From Macrostomum hystrix (taxonomy: Eukaryota; Animalia; Platyhelminthes), in contig CATNEN010000038.1 in the NCBI GenBank assembly GCA_950097015.1, positions 27,900,001 through 27,964,000 on the forward strand: a stretch of 64,000 nucleotides of DNA, given 5' to 3'. Positions 25,995-37,275 of this stretch are shown one piece after another. The position numbers and the translations under genes are program-made. Positions within the stretch are counted from its first letter, which is position 1, and each line of letters opens with the position of its first letter. The notes below the pieces were generated by a model. That model made no database searches, was not told the origin of the DNA, and worked only from the letters and a program-made list of their open reading frames with translations.

Positions 25995-28900
25995 CTAAGC
26001 CTTCACCATCTCTTGTTTACCCTGCATCTTAGCCTTCTTATTTTTGTTCTTGTTCTTCTTTTTATTTGCTCCAGAGCTTTGCTGCTGCTGAGGCTTCTGC
26101 TGCTGCTGAGGCTTCTGCTGCTGCTGAGGCTTCTGCTGCTGCTTCAAAGGAGAGCCAGCGGTTGCTGGAGCCTGAGGGCCAGCGGTCTTTGGCTGCTGTT
26201 GCTGCTGCTTCGGAGCAGTGGCAGGTTTACTACCGTTGGCAAGCGGAGCTGGAGCCTGAGTCTTTGCAGCCAATTTTTTCTGCTTCTTCTCGGCGGCCCG
26301 CTGATTTTTGTAACTAGCCGAACGGCCGAATGTGATTTTAATAGGCCGGCCGTGCACAGCGGCACCCTGGGCAGCTTTTAAAGCCTTCAACGCGTCAGCC
26401 GGCTGGGCATATTCAACGAATGCGTAGCCGGCTGTGGTCTTGTCGCGCAATGTAGGCACCTTAACGCTGGTAGCGGAGGGAAATAGTGCGGCAATCTCCT
26501 TAGAGGTGGCAGTTTTATCAACATTGGTGATAAACAGCTGGCGAGTGTTCAGTGTGGCCATATCGATGCCTTCACTCAGGGCCAGTTTAGCCTTCAACTC
26601 GGAGCCGTTGAAGATTTTGCCATTTAGCATGTTCACCCATTTGGCAGCGGTGGCCGAGTCTTTGTAATCTAGGAAAGCGTAGTTGCGATTCTCCGACACC
26701 TTGTGACCCAAAGTGGGAATGCGACACGAAGAAATCTCTTTAGATAGCTCCTTTAGCATCTCCTGGGTGCAATGCTTGGGGATCGGTGTGATGAACACTG
26801 TACGGCCGAGCGAATCGTTCATTAGCCGTTTGATTTCTTCAACAACAGCCGGCGGTCCGGGATCAGACGCGGCCGAGGTGTCGACTGCAGCCTTCTGCTG
26901 TTTCTTTGTCTGCGCCGTAGTCTCCTCAGCTGGGCGCTTCTGTCCGCGCTGCTGCTGCTGCTGCTTAGGCAGAGCTTCAGTCTTGGACTGCTTGGCTGGT
27001 GGCGCAGTATCATCTTCATCATCCTCTTCATCTTCATCATCTTCGTCATCATCGTCGTCGTCACTTTCAGCTGGACGCTTCTTGCTAGTTGGCAGAGCCA
27101 ATGGCTCGAACTTCTTACCGGCTTTAGCAACTGGGATTTCCTCCTCTTCGTCGTCATCTTCATCCTCGTCATCTTCATCCTCGTCATCGTCATCCTCATC
27201 TTCGTCGAAATCTGACTGGTCTTCGTCATCGTCGTCAGATCCGGCATCGGCCATCAGCTTGGCGATGGCGTCGTCGCTAACATCCTCATCTAGCTCGTCG
27301 TCGTCCAGATCTCCATCATCTTCTTCATCGTCATCATCTTCGTCTTCGTCGCTGTCTTCTTCTAGCTTACGCTTTACCTAAAAAAGTAGAGGATTAGTTT
27401 GTTTGAAAATATCTAAAATTGACAATCTTGTGCCTTATAATATGCATTCATAAATCTCTAGATTGATCTCAAAATTAAAACATGGCTTCTTAATACTGCT
27501 TAGATCCTTAGTTCCTTTAAGTCCTTCGAATACTTACACTGCTTCATAATATCCCCCTGCTAATAAAACAGTTTTACAATATCCCTCAGCTAATAAAACA
27601 GTTTCACAAAATCCCTCAGCTAATAAAACAGTTTCACAAAATCCCCCAGCTAATAAAACAGTTTCACAATATCCCTCAGCTAATAAAACAGTTTCACAAT
27701 ATATTTCAGCTAATAATATTGCTTCACATTATCACCCAGGTAATAATACTGCTTCACAATATTATTCACACTGCGCTTAACAATTTCATAATAGATCTAA
27801 CACACAATTGACAAACACTGACCGGCAATTTGACGAGCTGATTGGCAGGCGACTTAGCAGCAGCAGCGGCTGCAGGTGACTTAGCAGCAGCAGCGGCTGC
27901 AGGTGACTTAGCAGCAGCAGCGGCTGCAGGTGACTTAGCAGCAGCAGCGGCTGCAGGTGACTTAGCAGCAGCAGCGGCTGCAGTTGACTTAGCAGCAGCA
28001 GCGGCTGCAGGCGACTTAAGAGCAGCGGGGGATTTAGCAGCGGCTGTAGCAGGCTTCTTAGCAGGAGGCGCATCGTCATCTTCATCATCGTCATCTTCGT
28101 CGTCATCTTCATCCTCCTCGTCTGAGCCAGCCGCGGCGAGCATTTTCTCAATCTTTTCCATATCCATCTCCTCGTCATCATCATCGTCGTCTTCTTCGGC
28201 TTCAAGGTCTTCATCATCTTCTGAGTCATCATCGTCCGCTATCGGGGCCGCCTTAGCTGCTGGCTTACCAACGGGTGCGGGCTGCGAGAGAAAAATATTA
28301 TCAAATTCTTAATTATTTCTTAAATGACCTCTATTCATAAAAACGATTCGAAATTGCTATTACTTTGATTATACTGTTGATAATGCCAATTTATTTATTG
28401 TATCAAAAATGATTAACCCAAATTCAAATTGGTGCAGTAATTCAGATGGGCTGATTAAATTTCATTGGATTGAGTCATTTCGATTGAGTCACTATAGTCT
28501 ATTGCATTGAGTCATTCGAATTGGCTCACTCAAGTTGATTGGATTGAGTCATTCAGATTGGCTCATTAAAGTATGATGATTGTTAAATAGAGTTATTCAG
28601 GTTGCCTTAAGCAAAAAAATAATAATAAAAACTTCACAGAAAAAGAAAAAACGACTAAATTTAATTTAAAAACTTTGTACGCACTTAACGACTAAGTTAC
28701 TTCCGTTACTTTCAAGTAAAACGAATAACGGATGCGCATGCATCTGTCGCTAAGTGAAGCCCAGAAGCCAGGCTTTTGAGTTGCTATGCGCCGCTACGAA
28801 AACCGAAACGTTAACTTATCTAGTGTATTCTTTTAACACTGAATAACGGTCGGTGAGCAATGAGCGGCAAATTAATTGCTTTTACAAGTGACAAAAGAGC

Positions 28901-30238
28901 TTACCGATTTTCCTGCCTGTGGCTTAGCAACGTCACCCTGCTGCTTCTGCAACTTCTTCAGCTTGTCCATCACCTCCGGACTAAGATCTTCCTCATCGTC
29001 TTCTTCATCATCGTCGTCTTCTTCCTCGCCACCGCTAAACTCCAACTCGCTGTCATCGTCTTCGCCTTCCATGCCTTCCTCGTCATCTTCATCGTCTTCA
29101 TCTTCGTCATCATCGTCAGATCCGGCAGATTTTTTCTGCTGCGGCCTGTTGCCACCCTGTTAAACAGAAGCAACAGACATAAATAGTCACAAGGTAAAGG
29201 CCAACTTTTTTATTTATCACAAACAACGATTCAAAAAATCGGCCAGATGTATAAAAGTGTACAGTAAGTTAAGTCTGTGGGCAGGAGGGTACCACACAGC
29301 TTGTATCTATTATATAGATTGGAGAAGGGTAGAATTTACATGCGCAACACCCGGCCGACCCGGCCGAACCGGCCGGGTGAAACGAGGGCCAAGCAAGGTA
29401 AGTCGCAAAAACCAATCGACCAAGCGCAAAAAAATCAAAGGGGGGACCAAGGGACAAAAAAGGAAGGCGTGAAGAAAAGGAAAAAGGGTAGAGAAAAAGA
29501 GCAAATGAGAGCAAACTAAGTCGTAAATAGAGCAATGAAACGAACTAAGTCGCAAATGAGAGCAAAAACTAAGTCGCACGGCCGGCTAAGATTTGGGAGG
29601 TTGCGCATGTATGGGTAGAAACGAGTAGTATCTTGCTCCACGACAATTTTAAAGTTCACTTTTAGGTTGGGACTCGAACTCCCGACTTTCATTTAAGGTT
29701 CAGGACTCAAAAGTACGAAGCTTAAACCACTTGGCTTTAAAATACCTTTGCATTTATGTTAGTTTGAGAGGTTATATAAAATGCAAATCCTAAAATAAAA
29801 TAAACAAACCTGAAATCCGCCACCACGTTTGCCCCTACTGCTGAGGTTGTTATTAAAACCGCGACCGCCGCCGGCTCCGCCGCCTCTGGCCAACTGTTTG
29901 CCATCGCCACCGCCGGCTTTGACACCTTTGAATGGCTGAATCTGAGCGAATGGCTTCTTGCCGCCGCTGCCTGGCGTGGCCGGGCTACGCGACTGGTCTT
30001 TCTGGAAGTAGCGACCTCCGCCTCCGCCGCCACCTCCGCGGCCGCCACCACCTCCGCCGCGGCCGCCACCACCTCGGTTTCCGGGGCTAGAACTGAAACG
30101 GCCACCGCCTCGGTTGCCGGGGCTAGAGCTGAAACGGCCGCCGCCACCTCCTCTACCGCCACCGCCTCTGCCACGTCCTCCTCCGCCACCGCGACCACCA
30201 CGTCCGCCACCGCCACCGCGATTAAAATTGCCACGCAT
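25995..30238 (-). CDS. Nucleolin-like protein, ~840 aa: N-terminal RGG, acidic/basic blocks, two RRMs, Q/K-rich tail
   Basis: Exons (- strand): 30238-29810, 29156-28905, 28281-27823, 27377-25995, all phase 0 with GT-AG. RNP motifs VFITPI/RNYAFLDY and LFITNV/AGYAFVEY; poly-D/E tracts. Probable non-coding exon 1 ends at 33560 (GTAAGC donor). Confidence 0.85.
27540..27765. repeat. 30-bp minisatellite (CAGCTAATAAAACAGTTTCACAATATCCCT)
   Basis: About 7 copies in a nucleolin intron. Confidence 0.85.
28742..28870 (-). ncRNA. Intronic box H/ACA snoRNA candidate, predicted 18S rRNA pseudouridylation guide
   Basis: 5' hairpin: lower stem UGCCGCU/AGCGGCG, pocket CAUUGCUC + UUUCGU, upper stem ACCGA/UCGGU. 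H box AUAGCA (28787-28782) lies 14 nt from the pocket. 3' hairpin AAGCCUGG/CUGGGCUU; ACA 3 nt from the predicted end; sense to host gene. Confidence 0.75.
29664..29737 (-). mobile_element. tRNA-derived SINE head fragment
   Basis: A-box-like AGCCAAGTGG and B box GAGTTCGAGTCCC; no full cloverleaf. Confidence 0.5.
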
Positions 30239-31521
30239 CTGAAATTGAAAATATTTGAGCAGTACAATTAATTTTTAAATGCTACAGAAATTGGTATAGA
30301 ATTGTTACAGGATTTAATATTCTGGCTTTTGATGGATGCTAAGTCATTCTGAATATTTAGTAGCAAACAAATTTAGATCAGAAAAAAAGAAACATGACAA
30401 ATGTAAGTTGAATGCAGATGTAACATTATGCAACTATACTATATTGCCATTACATAAGACAATAGGTATGATTATATTATTTAATAAGTCCAGATCTCTT
30501 GAAACAAATTAGCTAATTGTTTAATCAAAAAAATAAAGCTAAAGTAATTGAAATGGGCTACGATTCTATATCACCAGCATTTTGCACAAAAAACGGTATT
30601 ATTGAAACAATAAACTGTTAGTGTTCCATTTATGTATATCTTTAAAAAGTAATGCACAAAAAATAAGCTTTGTTTAAAGAAAGTCATTCTGCTCATTGTA
30701 ATTATTATGCTAGGTGTTTTTTTACTCATAACATAAGTATAGTCATTTATCTATTTGTAAAGTAAATTAAAAAACAAACTACCTATTTATAAAGGGAACT
30801 TATATTCACATAAGGGGTTTACTAATTTAAAACTTGGTTTATTACATGCAGGTGATGATTTGACAATTTTAATATAAGATTTTTCTTTTAAATAATACTT
30901 AATTTCCCACAAAAGAAAGTTTAGAAGCTTTAGACTTGTGCAAAACATTCTAGCTATATTTTTCTTTTGCATGTTTGATTATTTTCTTAGAAATTTTTCT
31001 AAACATTTAAATAAAAAGTAAGAAAACAGCTATATGAAAAGCTAGATGACATGCCTTAGCTTTGTGCAAAGTTTATCATAAATTATAAGTGCTTTTTGAT
31101 CAAAGTTACACATAATCTTTTTGACATTTTTACTATCAAGAATTTTTTCCATAGATACCCTTGTGCTTTATCTCAATACCTAATGAAAATTTGAATTTTC
31201 TTACAATTTCTAAGCAAAGATTCACCCAAAAGTTGGAGTTGACAGCTTATCAATGGTACAAAAGGGGGGATTTGAGTCACTCCATAGGTGAGTGGGGATG
31301 AGCTCAAAGAAAATAATTAAATATTTGAAAGTTAAAAGTCCCCAAACTTTCTTACTTCTTACTTCTTAGCTGTAAATCTATTCTCAAGAAAAAAATTACA
31401 AATGCAACTATACTTGTACTGAAAATATGCTTTTGTAGGTTAGCTAGCAAGCTAGAATAGTTATTGTACTATACAGTATTATATTGCAGCTTCCTAGAAC
31501 TGAAGCTGAAATAGTACTAAG

Positions 31522-32745
31522 GGTCCCAGGTCATTTCAGTGACAAGATATTTGGTGACAACTCAAGTCATTTCAGTGACACAATTGGTCAGATTGGTGAC
31601 AACTATTTTTGCACATAAATATGCTACAAAAAACTGCTTTCCATTTGAACTATGCACACTTACTAAATAATGATATAAGTATTAATAAGAAGCTACATTG
31701 GTCTGCTTAAGTCTGGGTTTTACTTTAAATGAGTTTAATGATTAAATTATTTTATGAGTAGCCAATAGTTTCAATAGTTATTTGTTCCTAATTAAATGTG
31801 TATAATTATTTTTTTCAAGTTTTGGATTGACAAGGCGAGTGCAAGCTTTAAGCAGCTGCTGGATTGTGCAACTTCTATCCTCAAATTCTGCCCAGTAGTG
31901 AAAAAGCCACAACTGCACTGTTTTGTAAGCCAGACATTGCTCTTGACGGTACCTAGACACTTTGTCATCTTACAACTTTGTCATCCAAATGACGATCTGT
32001 CTAATATCTCAGAGGGTGGATGACAAGAGACTTAGACTTGTGGACACTTCGTCATCTATAAAACAAAAGTTTTCAAAGTTAGAACAGAACCACCCCTCCC
32101 CACCTCACATTGTGTTGGCACCTATCTTTCAACTCTTATAATGAAATCAGTTTTGATACCTCTTTTTGACAATTTAGAGTGTGAAGTGTGTTCACACCTC
32201 TGCCCGACCACCCCACCCTCACTATTGATGACGAACTTGATTGCTTGTTATTAGCAGATGACAAAGTGACCAAACTTTAAAGCATGCCAATTGGCTGGAT
32301 GACAAAGTGTCCTACTTTCCAAGTGGATGACAAAGTTGTAAGATGACGAAGTTGTAAGATGACTAGGAGTGTCTAGGATCCCTCTTGACACAGCACTCCT
32401 CTGGACAGAAGGTGTACCTGAAGTGGGACAAGTGCCACTTTAACTATTTGAAAAACTTTTTGAATCTTCTTGAGCTAATTTGCTATTTGTTCAAGTAGAA
32501 AGTATCCAAACTACTTAAAAGTACTCATTGGAAAGTAAAAAATGAAGACCTGCCATTGGCACCACACATTGATTGAAACAAATTTGTAATTTTTATTTAA
32601 CAATCCTTTATAGGTGTTAATAGTTCACATGGAAGACTGTTTTCTCAGCATATTTAGGTGCAAGAATAGTTGTCACCAAACTGACCAATTCTGTCACCGA
32701 AATGACTATCACCAAAATAACTTGTCACCAAAATGACCTGGGACT
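31522..32745. mobile_element. Non-autonomous TIR DNA transposon (1224 bp) with 8-bp TSD GTACTAAG
   Basis: Imperfect TIRs of ~80 bp (GGTCCCAGGTCATTTCAGTGACAAG / CTTGTCACCAAAATGACCTGGGACT) with GTGACAA sub-repeats; TSD at 31514-31521 and 32746-32753. Confidence 0.85.
31948..32381. mobile_element. Nested MITE (434 bp) with 8-bp TSD CTCTTGAC
   Basis: TIR GGTACCTAGACAC / GTGTCTAGGATCC with GTCATC/GATGAC sub-repeats; TSD at 31940-31947 and 32382-32389. Confidence 0.85.
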
Positions 32746-33559
32746 GTACTAAGTAGCTTATTCCAAAAGTAGCAATTACATAGCTCACTGATGATTACCT
32801 GCAAGCCAGTGGCAGTGGGATCAATACTCTACCTATCTATACAGGACTACTTCTAGATTTCTCACTTTAAATAGCAATTTAAGCAGCACAGTACAGTAGA
32901 TAATCTAACAAAATCGGTTTTATTATTGTTAATTAGCAGGGTCTACATTAGCAATTCAGATTAGGCAAATAAGGGTAGATAGCTAACTAACTGACTATTG
33001 GAATAAATGCTCCAAATCTACACAGTAGCTGTGTTAGTGTACAGAAGGGAGAACTACTTTTTCATTTAACAGACAGCTATTAAGTTTTATACATACCAAA
33101 ACCTATAAGTTTTATACATAGTTTTATATATACCTACATTCCACTACTGGCACTGGGCTCTAAACTAGGCCTAGTAGAATTTAACTGGATCCAATTGCAA
33201 AGCACTTAGTTAAGTTAGTTTGCAAAGCAAAGCAAAGCATTGCAAAGCAAAGTTAGTTTAGACACAAAGCCTGTATCCATATCTTGCAGCCATTATAACT
33301 TTCTGCTAACGCTTGGGATGTATTTCGATCCGTATAATAACTCAGTGACCCGATTGGCTTACGATAAGAGATTATGCGACAAGCTAGTTCAGTGCGAGGC
33401 GAAATAATTGGGTCAACAAATAAGGCGTGCGGACGAGTCAGTGTAGACTGTTTTAATAAATATTGGCGTAAGCAGTAAAACTAATTACATATATTTTAAC
33501 ATCTGACACATAACTAAGATATTTTCTGTATATATTGCCATTCACTAAAAAACGCTTAC

Positions 33560-33700
33560 CACAATTTTTGAGATGTTTAACTAAAGATTTTTTTAAATTA
33601 AATATTATTAAAGGTCGAGATTTTAACCGAGAGAGCACGTGCGTACAGACTGGACCGGGACCGGGAGCGTAATTTTGCGGGAATATATGCAGCGGAGCGG
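33560..33700 (-). promoter_or_regulatory. Probable promoter and non-coding first exon of the nucleolin-like gene, with E-box CACGTG (33636-33641)
   Basis: GC-rich patch; CACGTG immediately followed by pyrimidine run CTCTCTC; donor GTG|GTAAGC at 33560/33559. The ATG at 30238 directly follows an acceptor (TTTCAG), so an upstream exon or SL is required. Confidence 0.5.
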
Positions 33701-36700
33701 AAATAAGTTAGGAAGTCTCCAAAAACTATCTTGGAGATAAATTTTTTACCGGATTTTCAAAAGCGATTACTCATTTGTGAATGGATTATCATTTATGGTT
33801 TTAGCAGGTAGTTAGTTCCAATAGTATAGAAGTCTATCAGCAAAACCTATACGTAATAATGATGTGGGCGTTGAATGTACGAACATCGGATCAAATCCTA
33901 AGTTTGCGGAATAGTTATTATAATGACGACCAGTGGGTTTTTACAATTCCATCTACTTTAATAAAATTCATTCAACTTAAAAAGTTAAATATTCTGAACA
34001 CAAATTTTGAAAATTTCCTTCTTTAATCGACGGTATACACCTTAAAACTGCTAAAGGGAGCACATTTCATTTCTTATCATTTTACACGCGAATCATCATT
34101 CTTAATTAAGTGAAATCAATATTCAAGAACCTAGTTTTGCTTAAGTCAATATTCTTGTTGTGAATATAAACAATTCTGTAAAAGAACCGAACCGATGCGT
34201 TATAGTCCTGCATATACGCTTATAAGTAGTCTGTCTAACGAAATAAATTAAATAACGTATTTCGTTTCGTAGAACTTTCGGAAACAAATAGTATGTTTTG
34301 TAAATGTGCCGAGAAAAAACTGGCTTTCTATACTTTAGTTTATGTTACGAGCGTATGTGTCTAATGTTACCGCTTTTTTCGAAATCGAGGAGGTAAATAG
34401 TTGCAGATGACACTGAACTATAATCGTTTTTTAACTTGCTTGATATCCAACTCATCCGACTAAATCCGATTGCACCGCCTGCTCATTGCACTGCAAAGAA
34501 GACCTGCGTGTACTTTTGGCAATTATAGATCAAAGGCAGTTCAGGGCTAAAGAAATTTATAATATACAGAAATCAAAAAAGGCAAAACCGCGTTTAGAAA
34601 CTTTATAGAATCAATTAGTGTCCATATATATTTACCCAAGGGACTAAAAACCATTTTGAAACGTACGTACGAGTATATAGACGGCTTCCAAGTTACATAC
34701 GCTTGACTAAATAATTCCTCCAATTTAACTATTTAGCCTGATGCGAAATACTATAGTTTCCGCTTTGAAGAGAGGCAAAATCCGTCTTTGTAGTTTATTC
34801 AGATGAGCTCTATCTACGTGTATAACATTCAGCTAAGCCAAGTGGTAGAATACAAGCGAATAATACATTGAGGTGGGGGCTTTTCATCATCGTAATCATG
34901 GTATCCTCATATTTTAACTAACATGTGATAGTGAAGAGGCTAGGTACGAGTATTTGCCACTCCCGCGGGGTTTAGGATAGCATGCACCAATTCCTTATCG
35001 TGGCCTGCTCATTACATTTTTTCTGATTCACTTTTTTGCCTCCAGCCTATCTAGATGATGGTCCGTTGTATAAGTGAGGCAGTGAATAATTTGGACACTT
35101 TTTCATTTTAAATTCCCGCCACTTTTTCTCACGCGCTAGCTATTTGTCGTAAACCTCACGCGGTGCTCTTTGTTCGTTGTTTGCGCACTCAAGCGGAACA
35201 TGCACCCACCCCAATTTTTGTATATATATACAGAGAAAAATATAATGCGATCTTCACCCTCGATCCCCAACCACACGATAACACTGGTTAACTCTGTTTA
35301 CCCTGTTGACCCTGTTACCCCTGTTTGACCTGCTATACGTTCTCGACGTTTTGCTCTACGAAATATAAGCGATTGCACTTCCTAACTCTTTCCCTGTTTC
35401 GCTATTAAATAGACCGAGTTCCTTAGTTATTTTCCTAATAAAAGGAAAACAGTTAAGATACCTTTGCCTTCCCAATCCTCTCCCAAAGATCTCTCGTCGG
35501 CCTTCTTTACCCAAATCCACCCTATTATATGATCCCTTTGAAATCCCAATATACCGTCCTAAAATCCCGTCTAAAAGTCCACCTGAAGTCTATCTGAAGT
35601 CCACCTAAAGTTCCCTAAATACCCCCCTGAAGTCCCAAAACTCCGCCTTTATCCCTCATGAAACTGTACTAAACCCGGACCCCATAGAGGAAAGTAAGTG
35701 AGCTGAGTGCGAAGGACGTTCACCAGGCAACTTCAATCCATCCTGATACGCCCCACGGACTGTGTGCCCCAGATCAGTGACCTTAGCCCTCGTGCCAGCA
35801 GCAGTAAATTCCGCTCCCATTGTTAGTAGCTATAGTGTCTTGCCGCTCGGGCATTATAGCGCTACCTTAGGTAAAACACGAACATCGTGAAAAATACCTA
35901 TTCTCACCCTCATAACTTACGCTACCATTCCCCCCCAAATACTCAGCTCACCAATCCCAAATCCAACAAATAGAGAGAGAGAGAGAGCTGAGACATCTGC
36001 TACATAAGTAAGCACCCAAATTCACATAAACATTTAGAGCTATGAGAAATATAAGAGATGAAACAGATGAGCTATCAGACATGTAAGAGATGAGACACAT
36101 GAGAGATGACATTTGAGACAGGGGAGCACGGAAGAGACAATAAATTAACTGGGGAATGTGAATAAAGTACAGATGGTCTACCTTTTGAATATACGGCCGT
36201 TAAGTGAGTGAGTACATATACTTGTATCTTGTATCTATCCGGCATTCGATTATTTTCATAGCTTCATAGTTATTTGCGTTACCCGTACATATAAATCGGA
36301 ATTTATCAGCTAGGCAATCTTGCATCTGGCATTTCGGAGCTCCTGCAATTATCCCACATCCGTTTGCGCCATTTTCACCTGCGCCACGTCTCTATATTGC
36401 TCGCTTCAGGCGTTGAAACAATGGAGTGCATACATACAGATTAATCCGCTACTGCTGCTGCAATTTTCTAAGAAAATTAGCGCCGAGCCAACCCACACTT
36501 GGGTAATTTTCCAATCGTTGTTTTCAAAATCTGCAGCTATAGATCAAAAAGGCGATCGAACGAGCACGTGCTGTTTGCAGAGCAATTCTTTATTTAACAA
36601 CTACATAATCCAAAAAAATAGATTAAAAAATTAGGTTTATAAGCTAAATTATAATTATATTTTATTTCGGGAGCAGGTGACACAGCTCCATATAAGACCG

Positions 36701-36959
36701 TATTTTCGATCATTCGTTTTTTTCGATTATATGAAAGATCAGGTGCGATTTAGCGCGTAAATTTACACATATAACGGCAAAAATGTTTTCTTAAATTGGG
36801 ATGGACTTTTATAGAAAAAATTAGAAGAATTGTCCGTCTGTCCATATTAGAGGAGTGCATTGGCGGGCAATTCCCTTCCCAATCGGTTGACGAACCTATG
36901 TGGCGCACCCTGGCAGTGGGACCCCCGGTGTGTGTGTATGCATGCTGAACCACAGGGCC

Positions 36960-37275
36960 TGGAGACACTGAAGGCTCAGGGTGTGGGGCAGTTGAGACAC
37001 TGAAGGCTCAGGGTGTGGGGCAGTTGAGGCACCGAAGGCTCAGGGTGTGGGGCAGCTGAGACACTGAAGGGCTCAGGATGTGGGGCAGCTGAGACACTGA
37101 AGGCTCAGGATGTGAGGCAGCTGAGACACTGAAAACTCAGGGTGTGAGGCAGCTGAGACACTGAAGGCTCAGGGTGTGGGGCAGCTGAGACACTGAAGGC
37201 TCAGGGTGTGCAGGGGCAGCTGAGACACTGAAGGCTCAGGGTGTGCAGGGGCAGCTGAGACACTGAAGCTGAGAC
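36960..37275. repeat. 32-bp minisatellite (GAGACACTGAAGGCTCAGGGTGTGGGGCAGCT)
   Basis: About 10 copies. Confidence 0.9.

Noticed and set aside
26713-28312. Plus-strand poly-Ser/poly-Ala ORFs
   Set aside because: Antisense shadows of the acidic and Ala-rich nucleolin-like exons
29664-29737. tRNA gene
   Set aside because: A/B boxes present but no acceptor stem or cloverleaf; treated as a SINE fragment, as is 46225-46297
35150-36000. C-rich, strand-biased segment, possibly a retroelement remnant
   Set aside because: No ORF, termini or TSD that I can define
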